Below are positions 30,149 to 33,098 of a stretch of DNA of 33,098 nucleotides, one piece after another. The notes beneath the pieces are model-generated. The model searched no databases, had not been told where the DNA came from, and worked only from the letters and a program-made list of their open reading frames with translations. How positions within the stretch are numbered: the stretch's first letter is position 1; the number at the start of each line of letters is the position of its first letter. Source of the stretch: Akkermansia muciniphila (GTDB lineage Bacteria > Pseudomonadota > Gammaproteobacteria > Burkholderiales > Burkholderiaceae_C); NCBI GenBank assembly GCA_943327015.2, contig CALPVM020000001.1:1-33098 (forward strand), given 5' to 3'. The translations under genes were made by a program, and so were the position numbers.

Positions 30149-31713
30149 GTGACTAAGCTTGGTCCAGTGTCGGAATCGGCTAAATGGTTATGGCGATAGG
30201 CAAAGTGATGCAACGAAACACCCAGAACAATCCGCACCTCGTCTAAGAGCTCTAACGTGCTGGCATTAGCGGGTTGCAGTAATCCAATTTCAAGAACACC
30301 AGCTAGCGCACTCCCGTGCTCTATCGGAAACACCAGTACTTGGCGCGGAGCGGTTTCGCCAAGGCCGGAGCGGATTTGCCATTGGGTATCGCTAGGAAGG
30401 TTTAGGGTAACTGGCGTGCGGTCTTTGGCGCATTGACCTACTATGGACTGGCCAAAGTCAAAGTGCTGTGCACAGAGCTCAGGGGATGGTGCGCCGTAGC
30501 GGCTTACGACGCTTAAACGCTGTGTGCCGGTGAGCAAAGCCAACATGCCCTGGCTGACATTGCAGCGTTCGTGCAAGTGCCGCAGCAAAATAGTGCCACA
30601 CTCATGGGCAGAACGAGCGCCTTGGAGTTGTTGAGCCAGTTCTGCAATAAACGATTTGGCACCGATTTGGTGCTCTAGTTGGGCATTGATGGAGCCAAGC
30701 TTTGCCAGTAATACAGCGATGGGTGCGCTAAGCGTGCGTGTTAAATAGATGGTGGCGGCAACAATCAGGCTGAGCAATACGAACAACACAATGCCAGCAC
30801 GCAATACCTTGTCGCGCATATTGTCGATATTGGGCTGCATGTCGTAGCTTAGTTCAATAACCAAGCTGGAGTCATAACTTTGATTCGTTTTTTGCAGGTC
30901 GGCTTTGATAAAGCGTGTAATGCGCTGATTGTGCGACATTTCGTATGGGTCGCCCTTTTCGAAAACCTGATTCACGATATCAAGAAGGGTGGCGTCGGGT
31001 TTGAAGTCAGGCTTGCCCAGCAAAACCGCTTTGCGGTCAAAAATACGCACTTCGCGCAAAAAAGGGTTGAATAATTTAAGTTGTTCGGCAATGGCAATTT
31101 GATCGAGTTTGGCCATAGAAGACTTGAACTCGCTGGCTTTTAGACCGAGTTCAAGAATGTATTTTTTGTCTGGCGTGGGCAGGTAGGCAAATTTGCGTAA
31201 ATTACCGGTTCGGGTTTCGGTGCTGATTCGATCGCCGGCGTATTCGCCTTTTTGGCGAATTGCTTGTAGGCCTTTATAAAACTCCGTCCATTTTTTCAGG
31301 TCATGTCCCAAGTCGGTGGCATAGGTAGTGTGGGTGATGATGCCGTTGGCGTCAATGATGTACAAATCCATCCCCTCACCCAAGGTTTTTTGAATCGCTT
31401 GCAGGTCGATTTTGTTTGGGTCGCCTCCTGCTTTTTGGTAGGCTGCAAGAAAAGGCTCAAAACCACGTCGCATGCGCTCGTCGAGCGATATTTCTAGAAC
31501 TTCATAGCCAACATCAGCCAGTTGCACCGCTTTGACAATGTTGGTTTCGGTTTGTTTAAGCAGCAAATCAAAGTTGTCTTGCAGGTCTTTGCTGGCAGCA
31601 AAAAAAGCCAAAGCAGCAAACAAACACAGGCTAACAACCACCAATGCCAAAAAGGCCAGCGTCATGGAACGCTGAAAGGGCCGATTGTTCGTAGGGGTGG
31701 TGTCAGAAGTCAT
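30145..31713 (-). CDS. Membrane sensor-like protein: TM, periplasmic Cache-like region, TM, coiled coil, C-terminal GAF; no output domain
   Basis: Two TM helices flank a large soluble region (DLYIIDANGII..TTY..DLG). GAF-like tail FGQSIVGQCAKD...IRSGLGE..P..VLVFPI....LAGVLEIG. ATGA overlap with the UPF0016 gene. Confidence 0.75.
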   Translation of the reverse strand: MTSDTTPTNNRPFQRSMTLAFLALVVVSLCLFAALAFFAASKDLQDNFDLLLKQTETNIVKAVQLADVGYEVLEISLDERMRRGFEPFLAAYQKAGGDPNKIDLQAIQKTLGEGMDLYIIDANGIITHTTYATDLGHDLKKWTEFYKGLQAIRQKGEYAGDRISTETRTGNLRKFAYLPTPDKKYILELGLKASEFKSSMAKLDQIAIAEQLKLFNPFLREVRIFDRKAVLLGKPDFKPDATLLDIVNQVFEKGDPYEMSHNQRITRFIKADLQKTNQSYDSSLVIELSYDMQPNIDNMRDKVLRAGIVLFVLLSLIVAATIYLTRTLSAPIAVLLAKLGSINAQLEHQIGAKSFIAELAQQLQGARSAHECGTILLRHLHERCNVSQGMLALLTGTQRLSVVSRYGAPSPELCAQHFDFGQSIVGQCAKDRTPVTLNLPSDTQWQIRSGLGETAPRQVLVFPIEHGSALAGVLEIGLLQPANASTLELLDEVRIVLGVSLHHFAYRHNHLADSDTGPSLVT

Positions 31714-31799
31714 TGAGGTGCGCGTTGTATAGATAGGTTGATGTGGTTTGTTAATGATACGCGAATCAATAAATGACCCGTAGAGCGTGAAAACAAAAA

Positions 31800-31815
31800 T
31801 GGCTTAAATCTTGCT
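31800..31815 (+). promoter_or_regulatory. Sigma54 (-24/-12) promoter for amt
   Basis: TGGCTTAAATCTTGCT has the GG-N10-GC spacing (GG 31801-31802, GC 31813-31814), upstream of a nitrogen-uptake gene. Confidence 0.65.
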
Positions 31816-31868
31816 TTAAATTGGTGCACTTAGAGGTTTGAGAACTTAAAGCGCACCAAAATAAAGCA
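31812..31868. promoter_or_regulatory. Two NtrC-like binding sites
   Basis: TGCTTTAAATTGGTGCA (31812-31828) and CGCACCAAAATAAAGCA (31852-31868), compared with the consensus TGCACCA-N3-TGGTGCA. Confidence 0.6.
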
Positions 31869-31887
31869 TTTAATTGTAAAGGCACAC

Positions 31888-33090
31888 ATGGAAGCACTAA
31901 AACAGGGCGCAGATACCCTTTTCATTCTGCTGGGCGCAATCATGGTCTTGGCCATGCATGCGGGTTTTGCATTTTTAGAGTTGGGCACGGTACGCCGAAA
32001 AAATCAGGTCAATGCTTTGGTCAAGATTTTGGTGGATTTCTCGGTATCCACGGTCGTTTATTTCGCGGTGGGTTACACCGTGGCTTACGGAACCACATTC
32101 ATGGTGGGCGCAGATCAGTTGGCCTTAAAAAATGGCTACGATTTAACCAAGTTCTTTTTCCTGTTGACTTTTGCAGCGGCTATTCCGGCCATTATTTCGG
32201 GTGGCATTGCAGAGCGCGCCAAGTTTTGGCCGCAATTAATAGCCACAGCTGTGGTCGTTGGCTTTGTCTATCCGTTCTTTGAAGGCATTGTTTGGAACCA
32301 ACATTTTGGCGTGCAGGCGTGGATTAAAAGTGTTGCTGGTGCAGAGTTCCACGACTTTGCCGGTAGTGTTGTGGTACATGCGGTTGGTGGATGGATTGCC
32401 TTGGGCGCGGTAGTGCTGTTGGGTGCACGCAGTAACCGGTATCGTAAAGACGGAGCTATCTCTGCGCACCCCCCTTCGAGCATTCCATTTTTGGCCTTGG
32501 GTGCATGGATTTTGATTGTGGGCTGGTTTGGCTTTAATGTGATGAGCGCACAAATGCTGGACAAGATATCGGGCTTGGTGGCGGCTAATTCATTAATGGC
32601 CATGGTAGGTGGTACCTTGGTAGCGTTAGTCATGGGGCGCAATGACCCCGGTTTTGTGCATAACGGCCCCTTGGCCGGTTTGGTGGCCGTGTGTGCAGGA
32701 TCAGATGTTATGCACCCTTTAGGTGCATTAGTCACTGGAGGTATAGCGGGTGCCATTTTTGTGGTGATGTTTACGCTCACGCAAAACAAATGGAAAATTG
32801 ACGATGTGTTGGGCGTATGGCCGCTGCACGGCTTGTGTGGCACTTGGGGTGGCATAGCCGCTGGTATTTTTGGTACGCAGGCTTTCGGCGGTTTGGGCGG
32901 CGTGACTATAGGCGCACAAGTATTGGGAACCCTGCTAGGCGTAGTCTGGGCGTTGGTGGGTGGGTTTGTGGTGTATGGCGCATTAAAAGCCACCACGGGT
33001 TTACGAATGAGTCAAGAAGAAGAATTTGACGGCGCTGACTTGTCGATTCATAAAATCAGCGCCTCCCCTGAACGCGAGACAAATTGGTAG
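31888..33090 (+). CDS. amt: Ammonium transporter (Amt family)
   Basis: AIISGGIAER, HDFAGSVVVH, GWFGFN, NGPLAGLVA and DDVLGVWPLHG (twin His); many TM helices. Confidence 0.96.
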   Translation: MEALKQGADTLFILLGAIMVLAMHAGFAFLELGTVRRKNQVNALVKILVDFSVSTVVYFAVGYTVAYGTTFMVGADQLALKNGYDLTKFFFLLTFAAAIPAIISGGIAERAKFWPQLIATAVVVGFVYPFFEGIVWNQHFGVQAWIKSVAGAEFHDFAGSVVVHAVGGWIALGAVVLLGARSNRYRKDGAISAHPPSSIPFLALGAWILIVGWFGFNVMSAQMLDKISGLVAANSLMAMVGGTLVALVMGRNDPGFVHNGPLAGLVAVCAGSDVMHPLGALVTGGIAGAIFVVMFTLTQNKWKIDDVLGVWPLHGLCGTWGGIAAGIFGTQAFGGLGGVTIGAQVLGTLLGVVWALVGGFVVYGALKATTGLRMSQEEEFDGADLSIHKISASPERETNW

Positions 33091-33098
33091 CAGTATCG

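Noticed and set aside
32268-32996. 242-aa ORF antisense to amt
   Set aside because: Pro/Thr/Ala-rich mirror of Gly/Val codons in a membrane protein.

Overview
Chromosomal window around dnaA from a Betaproteobacterium. Protein sequences and gene order suggest Comamonadaceae (Rhodoferax/Limnohabitans-like), although GC looks low for that family. Left to right: 3' end of an infA paralogue, nitroreductase, gyrB-dnaN-dnaA (minus), murU-pepP divergent from dnaA (the usual rpmH-rnpA-yidC block is absent), a 7TM-DISM histidine kinase/receiver pair with an internal 63-bp tandem repeat, XRE regulator, enoyl-CoA hydratase, maeB, a secreted barnase-like RNase plus barstar, rsmA-surA-lptD (minus), amgK-rsmE, a tandem glutaredoxin/GST-N protein, a Zn-dependent phospholipase C/P1-nuclease-like protein, an exported CxxC helical protein, a lysophospholipase, metW-metX under a SAM-II riboswitch, a UPF0016/GDT1 exporter translationally coupled to an output-less membrane GAF sensor, and an ammonium transporter with sigma54/NtrC-like sites. 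The best candidate for an undescribed system is at the barstar 3' end: slippery U-runs, a perfect 13-bp hairpin starting at the stop codon, and an open -1 frame ending in an ssrA-like ...YWLTAA tail. This suggests a programmed -1 frameshift producing an extended, possibly degron-tagged RNase inhibitor (inference, untested). No rRNA, tRNA, CRISPR array or transposase was seen. All family assignments come from motif recognition, not database searches.
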